A stretch of 64,000 nt of DNA from Yuukianura sp. NJ FZ-2021 (taxonomy: Eukaryota). A program made the position numbers and the translations under genes. The notes beneath the pieces are model-generated. The model was not told the DNA's origin. It saw only the letters and a program-made list of their open reading frames with translations, and did no database searches. Below, piece by piece: positions 23,001 to 37,104 of the stretch (positions within the stretch are counted from its first letter, which is position 1; each line of letters starts with the position of its first letter). The stretch is from assembly GCA_046563655.1 (NCBI GenBank), contig CM102284.1:2108001-2172000 (forward strand). The letters are read 5' to 3'.

Positions 23001-26000
23001 TCACTCTTTTTAAATAACATAATTGGAAATTCCAAAACGTTAAAACTTTAGTAGGAAAATCATTCTTTTTAAATAACATAATTGAAAACTCCAAAACGTT
23101 AAAACTTTAGTAGGAAAATCACTCTTTTTAAATAACATAATTGAAAATTCCAAAACGTTAAAAATTTAGTAGGAAAATCACTCTTTTTAAATAACATAAT
23201 TGGAAATTCCAAAACGTTAACAATGTAGTAGGAAAATCACTCTTTTTAAATAACATAATTGAAAATTCCAAAACGTTAAAAATTTAGTAGGAAAATCACT
23301 CTTTTTAAATAACATAATTGGAAATTCCAAAACGTTAAAACTTTAGTAGGAAAATCAAGTACTGCGCAAGCACTGCGCAAGTACTGCGCAAGTACTGCGC
23401 AAGCACTGCGCATTGCGCAAGTACTGCGCAAGCACTGCGCACTGCGCAAGTACTGCGCAAGCACTGCGCACTGCGCAAGTACTGCGCAAGCACTGCGCAC
23501 TGCGCAAGTACTGCGCACTGCGCAAGCACTGCGCAAGTACTGCGCAAGCACTGCGCACTGCGCAAGCACTGCGCAAGCACTGCGCAAGCACTGCGCAAGC
23601 ACTGCGGAAGCACTGCGCAAGCACTGCGCAAGTACTGCGCAAGCACTGCGCACTGCGCAAGTACTGCGCAAGCACGGCGCACTGCGCAAGTACTGCGCAA
23701 GCACTGCGTACTGCGCAAGTACTGCGCACTGCGCACTGCGCAAGTACTGCGCAAGCACTGCGCACTGCGCAAGTACTGCGCAAGCACTGCGCACTGCGCA
23801 AGCACTGCGCAAGTACTGCGCAAGCACTGCGCAAGCACTGCGCACTGCGCAAGTACTGCGCACTAGTAGGAAAATCACTCTTTTTAAATAACATAATTGG
23901 AAATTCCAAAACGTTAAAACTTTAGTAGGAAAATCACTCTTTTTAAATAACATAATTGAAAACTCCAAAACGTTAACAATTTAGTAGGAAAATCACTCTT
24001 TTTAAATAACATAATTGGAAATTCCAAAACGTTAAAACTTTAGTAGGAAAATCACTCTTTTTAAATAACATAATTGAAAACTCCAAAACGTTAACAATTT
24101 AGTAGGAAAATCACTCTTTTTAAATAACATAATTGGAAATTCCAAAACGTTAAAACTTTAGTAGGAAAATCACTCTTTTTAAATAACATAATTGAAAACT
24201 CCAAAACGTTAACAATTTAGTAGGAAAATCACTCTTTTTAAATAACATAATTGGAAATTCCAAAACGTTAACAATTTAGTAGGAAAATCACTCTTTTTAA
24301 ATAACATAATTGGAAATTCCAAAACGTTAAAACTTTAGTAGGAAAATCACTCTTTTTAAATAACATAATTGAAAATTCCAAAACGTTAAAAATTTAGTAG
24401 GAAAATCACTCTTTTTAAATAACATAATTGAAAATTCCAAAACGTTAAAAATTTAGTAGGAAAATCACTCTTTTTAAATAACATAATTGGAAATTCCAAA
24501 ACGTTAAAACTTTAGTAGGAAAATCAAGTACTGCGCAAGTACTGCGCAAGCACTGCGCACTGCGCACTGCGCACTGCGCAAGTACTGCGCAAGCACTGCG
24601 CAAGCACTGCGCACTGCGCAAGTACTGCGCAAGCACTGCGCAAGCACTGCGCAAGCACTGCGCAAGCACTGCGCAAGCACTGCGCAAGCACTGCGCAAGC
24701 ACTGCGCACTGCGCAAGTACTGCGCACTGCGCAAGCACTGCGCAAGTACTGCGCAAGCACTGCGCAAGCACTGCGCACTGCGCAAGTACTGCGCAAGCAC
24801 TGCGCACTGCGCAAGTACTGCGCAAGCACTGCGCACTGCGCAAGTACTGCGCAAGCACTGCGCAAGCACTGCGCAAGCACTGCGCACTGCGCAAGTACTG
24901 CGCAAGCACTAGGCACGGCGCAAGCACTGCGCACTGCGCAAGTACTGCGCAAGCACTGCGCACTGCGCACTGCGCAAGTACTGCGCAAGCACTGCGCACT
25001 GCGCACTGCGCAAGTACTGCGCAAGCACTGCGCACTGCGCAAGTACTGCGCACTAGTAGGAAAATCACTCTTTTTAAATAACATAATTGGAAATTCCAAA
25101 ACGTTAACAATTTAGTAGGAAAATCACTCTTTTTAAATAACATAATTGGAAATTCCAAAACGTTAACAATTTAGTAGGAAAATCACTCTTTTTAAATAAC
25201 ATAATTGAAAATTCCAAAACGTTAAAAATTTAGTAGGAAAATCACTCTTTTTAAATAACATAATTGAAAATTCCAAAACGTTAAAAATTTAGTAGGAAAA
25301 TCACTCTTTTTAAATAACATAATTGGAAATTCCAAAACGTTAAAACTTTAGTAGGAAAATCACTCTTTTTAAATAACATAATTGAAAACTCCAAAACGTT
25401 AACAATTTAGTAGGAAAATCACTCTTTTTAAATAACATAATTGGAAATTCCAAAACGTTAAAACTTTAGTAGGAAAATCACTCTTTTTAAATAACATAAT
25501 TGAAAATTCCAAAACGTTAAAAATTTAGTAGGAAAATCACTCTTTTTAAATAACATAATTGGAAATTCCAAAACGTTAAAAATTTAGTAGGAAAATCACT
25601 CTTTTTAAATAACATAATTGGAAATTCCAAAACGTTAAAACTTTAGTAGGAAAATCAAGTACTGCGCAAGTACTGCGCAAGCACTGCGCACTGCGCACTG
25701 CGCACTGCGCAAGTACTGCGCAAGCACTGCGCAAGCACTGCGCAAGCACTGCGCACTGCGCAAGTACTGCGCAAGCACTGCGCAAGCACTGCGCACTGCG
25801 CACTGCGCAAGCACTGCGCAAGTACTGCGCAAGCACTGCGCACTGCGCAAGTACTGCGCAAGCACTGCGCACTGCGCAAGTACTGCGCAAGTACTGCGCA
25901 AGCACTGCGCACTGCGCAAGTACTGCGCAAGCACTGCGCACTGCGCAAGTACTGCGCAAGCACTGCGCAAGCACTGCGCAAGCACTGCGCACTGCGCAAG

Positions 26001-29000
26001 TACTGCGCAAGCACTGCGCACTGCGCAAGTACTGCGCAAGCACTAGGCACGGCGCAAGCACTGCGCACTGCGCAAGTACTGCGCAAGCACTGCGCACTGC
26101 GCACTGCGCAAGTACTGCGCAAGCACTGCGCACTGCGCACTGCGCAAGTACTGCGCAAGCACTGCGCACTGCGCAAGTACTGCGCACTAGTAGGAAAATC
26201 ACTCTTTTTAAATAACATAATTGGAAATTCCAAAACGTTAACAATTTAGCAGGAAAATCACTCTTTTTAAATAACATAATTGGAAATTCCAAAACGTTAA
26301 CAATTTAGTAGGAAAATCACTCTTTTTAAATAACATAATTGGAAATTCCAAAACGTTAACAATTTAGTAGGAAAATCACTCTTTTTAAATAACATAATTG
26401 AAAATTCCAAAACGTTAAAAATTTAGTAGGAAAATCACTCTTTTTAAATAACATAATTGAAAATTCCAAAACGTTAAAAATTTAGTAGGAAAATCACTCT
26501 TTTTAAATAACATAATTGGAAATTCCAAAACGTTAAAACTTTAGTAGGAAAATCACTCTTTTTAAATAACATAATTGAAAACTCCAAAACGTTAACAATT
26601 TAGTAGGAAAATCACTCTTTTTAAATAACATAATTGGAAATTCCAAAACGTTAAAACTTTAGTAGGAAAATCACTCTTTTTAAATAACATAATTGAAAAT
26701 TCCAAAACGTTAAAAATTTAGTAGGAAAATCACTCTTTTTAAATAACATAATTGGAAATTCCAAAACGTTAAAACTTTAGTAGGAAAATCATTCTTTTTA
26801 AATAACATAATTGAAAACTCCAAAACGTTAAAACTTTAGTAGGAAAATCACTCTTTTTAAATAACATAATTGAAAATTCCAAAACGTTAAAAATTTAGTA
26901 GGAAAATCACTCTTTTTAAATAACATAATTGGAAATTCCAAAACGTTAACAATGTAGTAGGAAAATCACTCTTTTTGAATAACATAATTGAAAATTCCAA
27001 AACGTTAAAAATTTAGTAGGAAAATCACTCTTTTTAAATAACATAATTGGAAATTCCAAAACGTTAAAACTTTAGTAGGAAAATCAAGTACTGCGCAAGC
27101 ACTGCGCAAGTACTGCGCAAGTACTGCGCAAGCACTGCGCACTGCGCAAGTACTGCGCAAGCACTGCGCACTGCGCAAGTACTGCGCAAGCACTGCGCAC
27201 TGCGCAAGTACTGCGCACTGCGCAAGCACTGCGCAAGTACTGCGCAAGCACGGCGCACTGCGCAAGTACTGCGCAAGCACTGCGCACTGCGCAAGTACTG
27301 CGCACTGCGCAAGTACTGCGCAAGCACTGCGCACTGCGCAAGTACTGCGCAAGCACTGCGCACTGCGCAAGCACTGCGCAAGTACTGCGCAAGCACTGCG
27401 CAAGCACTGCGCACTGCGCAAGTACTGCGCACTAGTAGGAAAATCACTCTTTTTAAATAACATAATTGGAAATTCCAAAACGTTAAAACTTTAGTAGGAA
27501 AATCACTCTTTTTAAATAACATAATTGAAAACTCCAAAACGTTAACAATTTAGTAGGAAAATCACTCTTTTTAAATAACATAATTGGAAATTCCAAAACG
27601 TTAAAACTTTAGTAGGAAAATCACTCTTTTTAAATAACATAATTGAAAACTCCAAAACGTTAACAATTTAGTAGGAAAATCACTCTTTTTAAATAACATA
27701 ATTGGAAATTCCAAAACGTTAACAATTTAGTAGGAAAATCACTCTTTTTAAATAACATAATTGGAAATTCCAAAACGTTAAAACTTTAGTAGGAAAATCA
27801 CTCTTTTTAAATAACATAATTGAAAATTCCAAAACGTTAAAAATTTAGTAGGAAAATCACTCTTTTTAAATAACATAATTGAAAATTCCAAAACGTTAAA
27901 AATTTAGTAGGAAAATCACTGTTTTTAAATAACATAATTGAAAATTCCAAAACGTTAAAAATTTAGTAGGAAAATCACTCTTTTTAAATAACATAATTGA
28001 AAATTCCAAAACGTTAAAAATTTAGTAGGAAAATCACTCTTTTTAAATAACATAATTGGAAATTCCAAAACGTTAAAACTTTAGTAGGAAAATCAAGTAC
28101 TGCGCAAGTACTGCGCAAGCACTGCGCACTGCGCACTGCGCACTGCGCAAGTACTGCGCAAGCACTGCGCAAGCACTGCGCACTGCGCAAGTACTGCGCA
28201 AGCACTGCGCAAGCACTGCGCAAGCACTGCGCAAGCACTGCGCACTGCGCAAGTACTGCGCACTGCGCAAGCACTGCGCAAGTACTGCGCAAGCACTGCG
28301 CACTGCGCAAGTACTGCGCACTGCGCAAGTACTGCGCAAGCACTGCGCACTGCGCAAGTACTGCGCAAGCACTGCGCACTGCGCAAGTACTGCGCAAGCA
28401 CTGCGCAAGCACTGCGCACTGCGCAAGTACTGCGCAAGCACTGCGCACTGCGCAAGTACTGCGCAAGCACTAGGCACGGCGCAAGCACTGCGCACTGCGC
28501 AAGTACTGCGCAAGCACTGCGCACTGCGCACTGCGCAAGTACTGCGCAAGCACTGCGCACTGCGCACTGCGCAAGTACTGCGCAAGCACTGCGCACTGCG
28601 CAAGTACTGCGCACTAGTAGGAAAATCACTCTTTTTAAATAACATAATTGGAAATTCCAAAACGTTAACAATTTAGTAGGAAAATCACTCTTTTTAAATA
28701 ACATAATTGGAAATTCCAAAACGTTAACAATTTAGTAGGAAAATCACTCTTTTTAAATAACATAATTGAAAATTCCAAAACGTTAAAAATTTAGTAGGAA
28801 AATCACTCTTTTTAAATAACATAATTGAAAATTCCAAAACGTTAAAAATTTAGTAGGAAAATCACTCTTTTTAAATAACATAATTGGAAATTCCAAAACG
28901 TTAAAACTTTAGTAGGAAAATCACTCTTTTTAAATAACATAATTGAAAACTCCAAAACGTTAACAATTTAGTAGGAAAATCACTCTTTTTAAATAACATA

Positions 29001-32000
29001 ATTGGAAATTCCAAAACGTTAAAACTTTAGTAGGAAAATCACTCTTTTTAAATAACATAATTGAAAATTCCAAAACGTTAAAAATTTAGTAGGAAAATCA
29101 CTCTTTTTAAATAACATAATTGGAAATTCCAAAACGTTAAAAATTTAGTAGGAAAATCACTCTTTTTAAATAACATAATTGGAAATTCCAAAACGTTAAA
29201 ACTTTAGTAGGAAAATCAAGTACTGCGCAAGTACTGCGCAAGCACTGCGCACTGCGCACTGCGCACTGCGCAAGTACTGCGCAAGCACTGCGCAAGCACT
29301 GCGCAAGCACTGCGCAAGCACTGCGCACTGCGCAAGTACTGCGCAAGCACTGCGCAAGCACTGCGCAAGCACTGCGCAAGCACTGCGCAAGCACTGCGCA
29401 AGCACTGCGCAAGCACTGCGCAAGCACTGCGCAAGCACTGCGCACTGCGCAAGTACTGCGCACTGCGCAAGTACTGCGCACTGCGCAAGCACTGCGCAAG
29501 TACTGCGCAAGCACTGCGCACTGCGCAAGTACTGCGCAAGCACTGCGCACTGCGCAAGTACTGCGCAAGTACTGCGCAAGCACTGCGCACTGCGCAAGTA
29601 CTGCGCAAGCACTGCGCACTGCGCAAGTACTGCGCAAGCACTGCGCAAGCACTGCGCACTGCGCAAGTACTGCGCAAGCACTGCGCACTGCGCAAGTACT
29701 GCGCAAGCACTAGGCACGGCGCAAGCACTGCGCACTGCGCAAGTACTGCGCAAGCACTGCGCACTGCGCAAGTACTGCGCAAGCACTGCGCACTGCGCAC
29801 TGCGCAAGTACTGCGCAAGCACTGCGCACTGCGCAAGTACTGCGCACTAGTAGGAAAATCACTCTTTTTAAATAACATAATTGGAAATTCCAAAACGTTA
29901 ACAATTTAGCAGGAAAATCACTCTTTTTAAATAACATAATTGGAAATTCCAAAACGTTAACAATTTAGTAGGAAAATCACTCTTTTTAAATAACATAATT
30001 GGAAATTCCAAAACGTTAACAATTTAGTAGGAAAATCACTCTTTTTAAATAACATAATTGAAAATTCCAAAACGTTAAAAATTTAGTAGGAAAATCACTC
30101 TTTTTAAATAACATAATTGAAAATTCCAAAACGTTAAAAATTTAGTAGGAAAATCACTCTTTTTAAATAACATAATTGGAAATTCCAAAACGTTAAAACT
30201 TTAGTAGGAAAATCACTCTTTTTAAATAACATAATTGAAAACTCCAAAACGTTAACAATTTAGTAGGAAAATCACTCTTTTTAAATAACATAATTGGAAA
30301 TTCCAAAACGTTAAAACTTTAGTAGGAAAATCACTCTTTTTAAATAACATAATTGAAAATTCCAAAACGTTAAAAATTTAGTAGGAAAATCACTCTTTTT
30401 AAATAACATAATTGGAAATTCCAAAACGTTAAAACTTTAGTAGGAAAATCATTCTTTTTAAATAACATAATTGAAAACTCCAAAACGTTAAAACTTTAGT
30501 AGGAAAATCACTCTTTTTAAATAACATAATTGAAAATTCCAAAACGTTAAAAATTTAGTAGGAAAATCACTCTTTTTAAATAACATAATTGGAAATTCCA
30601 AAACGTTAACAATGTAGTAGGAAAATCACTCTTTTTGAATAACATAATTGAAAATTCCAAAACGTTAAAAATTTAGTAGGAAAATCACTCTTTTTAAATA
30701 ACATAATTGGAAATTCCAAAACGTTAAAACTTTAGTAGGAAAATCAAGTACTGCGCAAGCACTGCGCAAGTACTGCGCAAGTACTGCGCAAGCACTGCGC
30801 ACTGCGCAAGTACTGCGCAAGCACTGCGCACTGCGCAAGTACTGCGCAAGCACTGCGCACTGCGCAAGTACTGCGCACTGCGCAAGCACTGCGCAAGTAC
30901 TGCGCAAGCACTGCGCACTGCGCAAGTACTGCGCAAGCACGGCGCACTGCGCAAGTACTGCGCAAGCACTGCGCACTGCGCAAGTACTGCGCACTGCGCA
31001 CTGCGCAAGTACTGCGCAAGCACTGCGCACTGCGCAAGTACTGCGCAAGCACTGCGCACTGCGCAAGCACTGCGCAAGTACTGCGCAAGCACTGCGCAAG
31101 CACTGCGCACTGCGCAAGTACTGCGCACTAGTAGGAAAATCACTCTTTTTAAATAACATAATTGGAAATTCCAAAACGTTAAAACTTTAGTAGGAAAATC
31201 AAGTACTGCGCAAGCACTGCGCAAGTACTGCGCAAGTACTGCGCAAGCACTGCGCACTGCGCAAGTACTGCGCAAGCACTGCGCACTGCGCAAGTACTGC
31301 GCAAGCACTGCGCACTGCGCAAGTACTGCGCACTGCGCAAGCACTGCGCAAGTACTGCGCAAGCACTGCGCACTGCGCAAGTACTGCGCAAGCACGGCGC
31401 ACTGCGCAAGTACTGCGCAAGCACTGCGCACTGCGCAAGTACTGCGCACTGCGCACTGCGCAAGTACTGCGCAAGCACTGCGCACTGCGCAAGTACTGCG
31501 CAAGCACTGCGCACTGCGCAAGCACTGCGCAAGTACTGCGCAAGCACTGCGCAAGCACTGCGCACTGCGCAAGTACTGCGCACTAGTAGGAAAATCACTC
31601 TTTTTAAATAACATAATTGGAAATTCCAAAACGTTAAAACTTTAGTAGGAAAATCAAGTACTGCGCAAGCACTGCGCAAGTACTGCGCAAGCACTGCGCA
31701 CTGCGCACTGCGCAAGTACTGCGCAAGCACTGCGCACTGCGCAAGTACTGCGCACTAGTAGGAAAATCACTCTTTTTAAATAACATAATTGGAAATTCCA
31801 AAACGTTAACAATTTAGCAGGAAAATCACTCTTTTTAAATAACATAATTGGAAATTCCAAAACGTTAAAAATTTAGTAGGAAAATCACTCTTTTTAAATA
31901 ACATAATTGAAAATTCCAAAACGTTAAAAATTTAGTAGGAAAATCACTCTTTTTAAATAACATAATTGGAAATTCCAAAACGTTAAAACTTTAGTAGGAA

Positions 32001-35000
32001 AATCACTCTTTTTAAATAACATAATTGAAAACTCCAAAACGTTAACAATTTAGTAGGAAAATCACTCTTTTTAAATAACATAATTGGAAATTCCAAAACG
32101 TTAAAACTTTAGTAGGAAAATCACTCTTTTTAAATAACATAATTGAAAATTCCAAAACGTTAAAACTTTAGTAGGAAAATCACTCTTTTTAAATAACATA
32201 ATTGAAAACTCCAAAACGTTAACAATTTAGTAGGAAAATCACTCTTTTTAAATAACATAATTGGAAATTCCAAAACGTTAAAACTTTAGTAGGAAAATCA
32301 CTCTTTTTAAATAACATAATTGAAAACTCCAAAACGTTAACAATTTAGTAGGAAAATCACTCTTTTTAAATAACATAATTGGAAATTCCAAAACGTTAAC
32401 AATTTAGTAGGAAAATCACTCTTTTTAAATAACATAATTGGAAATTCCAAAACGTTAAAACTTTAGTAGGAAAATCACTCTTTTTAAATAACATAATTGA
32501 AAATTCCAAAACGTTAAAAATTTAGTAAGAAAATCACTCTTTTTAAATAACATAATTGAAAATTCCAAAACGTTAAAAATTTAGTAGGAAAATCACTCTT
32601 TTTAAATAACATAATTGAAAATTCCAAAACGTTAAAAATTTAGTAGGAAAATCACTCTTTTTAAATAACATAATTGAAAATTCCAAAACGTTAAAAATTT
32701 AGTAGGAAAATCACTCTTTTTAAATAACATAATTGGAAATTCCAAAACGTTAAAACTTTAGTAGGAAAATCAAGTACTGCGCAAGTACTGCGCAAGCACT
32801 GCGCACTGCGCACTGCGCACTGCGCAAGTACTGCGCAAGCACTGCGCAAGCACTGCGCAAGCACTGCGCACTGCGCAAGTACTGCGCAAGCACTGCGCAA
32901 GCACTGCGCAAGCACTGCGCAAGCACTGCGCAAGCACTGCGCAAGCACTGCGCACTGCGCAAGTACTGCGCACTGCGCAAGTACTGCGCACTGCGCAAGT
33001 ACTGCGCAAGCACTGCGCAAGCACTGCGCACTGCGCAAGTACTGCGCAAGCACTGCGCACTGCGCAAGTACTGCGCAAGCACTAGGCACGGCGCAAGCAC
33101 TGCGCACTGCGCACTGCGCAAGTACTGCGCAAGCACTGCGCACTGCGCAAGTACTGCGCAAGCACTGCGCACTGCGCACTGCGCAAGTACTGCGCAAGCA
33201 CTGCGCACTGCGCAAGTACTGCGCACTAGTAGGAAAATCACTCTTTTTAAATAACATAATTGGAAATTCCAAAACGTTAACAATTTAGCAGGAAAATCAC
33301 TCTTTTTAAATAACATAATTGGAAATTCCAAAACGTTAACAATTTAGTAGGAAAATCACTCTTTTTAAATAACATAATTGGAAATTCCAAAACGTTAACA
33401 ATTTAGTAGGAAAATCACTCTTTTTAAATAACATAATTGAAAATTCCAAAACGTTAAAAATTTAGTAGGAAAATCACTCTTTTTAAATAACATAATTGAA
33501 AATTCCAAAACGTTAAAAATTTAGTAGGAAAATCACTCTTTTTAAATAACATAATTGGAAATTCCAAAACGTTAAAACTTTAGTAGGAAAATCACTCTTT
33601 TTAAATAACATAATTGAAAACTCCAAAACGTTAACAATTTAGTAGGAAAATCACTCTTTTTAAATAACATAATTGGAAATTCCAAAACGTTAAAACTTTA
33701 GTAGGAAAATCACTCTTTTTAAATAACATAATTGAAAATTCCAAAACGTTAAAAATTTAGTAGGAAAATCACTCTTTTTAAATAACATAATTGGAAATTC
33801 CAAAACGTTAAAACTTTAGTAGGAAAATCATTCTTTTTAAATAACATAATTGAAAACTCCAAAACGTTAAAACTTTAGTAGGAAAATCACTCTTTTTAAA
33901 TAACATAATTGAAAATTCCAAAACGTTAAAAATTTAGTAGGAAAATCACTCTTTTTAAATAACATAATTGGAAATTCCAAAACGTTAACAATGTAGTAGG
34001 AAAATCACTCTTTTTGAATAACATAATTGAAAATTCCAAAACGTTAAAAATTTAGTAGGAAAATCACTCTTTTTAAATAACATAATTGGAAATTCCAAAA
34101 CGTTAAAACTTTAGTAGGAAAATCAAGTACTGCGCAAGCACTGCGCAAGTACTGCGCAAGTACTGCGCAAGCACTGCGCACTGCGCAAGTACTGCGCAAG
34201 CACTGCGCACTGCGCAAGTACTGCGCAAGCACTGCGCACTGCGCAAGTACTGCGCACTGCGCAAGCACTGCGCAAGTACTGCGCAAGCACTGCGCACTGC
34301 GCAAGTACTGCGCAAGCACGGCGCACTGCGCAAGTACTGCGCAAGCACTGCGCACTGCGCAAGTACTGCGCACTGCGCACTGCGCAAGTACTGCGCAAGC
34401 ACTGCGCACTGCGCAAGTACTGCGCAAGCACTGCGCACTGCGCAAGCACTGCGCAAGTACTGCGCAAGCACTGCGCAAGCACTGCGCACTGCGCAAGTAC
34501 TGCGCACTAGTAGGAAAATCACTCTTTTTAAATAACATAATTGGAAATTCCAAAACGTTAAAACTTTAGTAGGAAAATCACTCTTTTTAAATAACATAAT
34601 TGAAAACTCCAAAACGTTAACAATTTAGTAGGAAAATCACTCTTTTTAAATAACATAATTGGAAATTCCAAAACGTTAAAACTTTAGTAGGAAAATCACT
34701 CTTTTTAAATAACATAATTGAAAACTCCAAAACGTTAACAATTTAGTAGGAAAATCACTCTTTTTAAATAACATAATTGGAAATTCCAAAACGTTAACAA
34801 TTTAGTAGGAAAATCACTCTTTTTAAATAACATAATTGGAAATTCCAAAACGTTAAAACTTTAGTAGGAAAATCACTCTTTTTAAATAACATAATTGAAA
34901 ACTCCAAAACGTTAACAATTTAGTAGGAAAATCACTCTTTTTAAATAACATAATTGGAAATTCCAAAACGTTAACAATTTAGTAGGAAAATCACTCTTTT

Positions 35001-36413
35001 TAAATAACATAATTGGAAATTCCAAAACGTTAAAACTTTAGTAGGAAAATCACTCTTTTTAAATAACATAATTGAAAATTCCAAAACGTTAAAAATTTAG
35101 TAGGAAAATCACTCTTTTTAAATAACATAATTGAAAATTCCAAAACGTTAAAAATTTAGTAGGAAAATCACTCTTTTTAAATAACATAATTGGAAATTCC
35201 AAAACGTTAAAACTTTAGTAGGAAAATCAAGTACTGCGCAAGTACTGCGCAAGCACTGCGCACTGCGCACTGCGCACTGCGCAAGTACTGCGCAAGCACT
35301 GCGCAAGCACTGCGCACTGCGCAAGTACTGCGCAAGCACTGCGCAAGCACTGCGCAAGCACTGCGCACTGCGCAAGTACTGCGCACTGCGCAAGTACTGC
35401 GCACTGCGCAAGCACTGCGCAAGTACTGCGCACTGCGCAAGCACTGCGCAAGTACTGCGCAAGCACTGCGCACTGCGCAAGTACTGCGCAAGCACTGCGC
35501 ACTGCGCAAGTACTGCGCAAGCACTGCGCACTGCGCAAGTACTGCGCAAGCACTGCGCAAGCACTGCGCACTGCGCAAGTACTGCGCAAGCACTGCGCAC
35601 TGCGCAAGTACTGCGCAAGCACTAGGCACGGCGCAAGCACTGCGCACTGCGCAAGTACTGCGCAAGCACTGCGCACTGCGCACTGCGCAAGTACTGCGCA
35701 AGCACTGCGCACTGCGCAAGTACTGCGCAAGCACTGCGCACTGCGCACTGCGCAAGCACTGCGCAAGTACTGCGCAAGCACTGCGCACTGCGCAAGTACT
35801 GCGCAAGCACTGCGCAAGCACTGCGCAAGCACTGCGCACTGCGCAAGCACTGCGCAAGCACTGCGCAAGCACTGCGCAAGCACTGCGCACTGCGCAAGTA
35901 CTGCGCACTGCGCAAGTACTGCGCACTGCGCAAGTACTGCGCACTGCGCAAGCACTGCGCAAGTACTGCGCAAGCACTGCGCACTGCGCAAGTACTGCGC
36001 AAGCACTGCGCACTGCTCAAGTACTGCGCAAGCACTGCGCACTGCGCAAGTACTGCGCAAGCACTGCGCACTGCGCAAGTACTGCGCAAGCACTGCGCAC
36101 TGCGCAAGTACTGCGCAAGCACTGCGCACTGCGCAAGTACTGCGCAAGCACTGCGCACTGCGCAAGTACTGCGCACTGCGCAAGTACTGCGCACTGCGCA
36201 AGTACTGCGCAAGCACTGCGCACTGCGCAAGTACTGCGCACTGCGCAAGTACTGCGCACTGCGCAAGTACTGCGCACTGCGCAAGTACTGCGCAAGCACT
36301 GCGCAAGCACTGCGCAAGCACTGCGCAAGCACTGCGCACTGCGCACTGCGCAAGCACTGCGCAAGCACTGCGCACTGCGCAAGTACTGCGCAAGCACTGC
36401 GCACTGCGCACTG
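20030..36413. repeat. Composite satellite: 15 GC-rich 7/11-bp minisatellite blocks alternating with 14 blocks of a 59-bp AT-rich tandem repeat
   Basis: GC units ACTGCGC, ACTGCGCAAGC, ACTGCGCAAGT; AT unit tagtaggaaaatcactctttttaaataacataattggaaattccaaaacgttaaaactt (59 bp). AT blocks at 20600-21025, 21601-22085, 22400-23356, 23864-24525, 25054-25656, 26188-27085, 27433-28094, 28615-29217, 29848-30745, 31129-31200, 31584-31655, 31756-32771, 33227-34124, 34508-35228. Confidence 0.97.
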
Positions 36414-37104
36414 CTTCGTCATAGTCAATTAACTGAATGTCAATCAAAATGCTTAAGCTCGAAATAGACATAGGTCAAGTGCTGTTGTGGAAATAAAAAT
36501 CGTTTTGTCCATGATCCAAGTGAATTTTCGTTTAGCATTTAAACGCTAAAAATATTGCCTTGGCGACAGGGTGTTACGTTATGTGTGAAACGTCACGAAA
36601 TGTTGGGCCCACGTTTTAACACTACGAGAAACGCGTTTGGGCCCAGTTTCCTATCCATTTCCAAACTCCTCCTTTAAGATCCCAAAATTTACTTTGAATT
36701 TAATTCGATGAGGTCAAACTTTTAAATGACTCATTTCGTTAGCTTCATTTTTATTGTTCAAAGTACATGAAATCAGCAAATTTGTTAACTTAAAAGTTGA
36801 TGAACTATTTGTTGTTTTTTTTCCGTTTTTTTAAATTGTACAACTTACAACTAATTGAACATTTTTTAATTGCATTTTTGTTTCCGTCAATACAAAAAAA
36901 AATACAACTAATTACACGGGAAATAACGATGCCAAAACTAAAAACAATTATCAAAATCAGAAACAAACGCAGGAAGTTTTACCCTTATCATAATCGATTA
37001 CTAATTTTGATTAAACTGTTCAATACACAGGATATGTGTAGTTAACTGAATTTGTTTTACATTACTTTTAGTCAAGTGGCAATTTTCATCCTAAAGTAAA
37101 GAAA

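Noticed and set aside
20600-35228. Repeat-spacer alternation superficially like a CRISPR array
   Set aside because: Both components are tandem repeats, there are no unique spacers, block lengths vary by hundreds of bases, no cas genes are present and the context is eukaryotic.
20030-36413. Telomeric or interstitial telomere array
   Set aside because: No TTAGG-type repeat and no G-rich strand bias; genes flank both sides.
19906-36471. Dozens of Cys/Ala/Arg-rich ORFs (RSTCAVRSACAVLAQ..., MEFPIMLFKKSDFP...)
   Set aside because: Stop-free translation of 7/11-bp repeats in all frames; starts come from the 59-bp unit; unit lengths are not multiples of 3; no splice or domain evidence.
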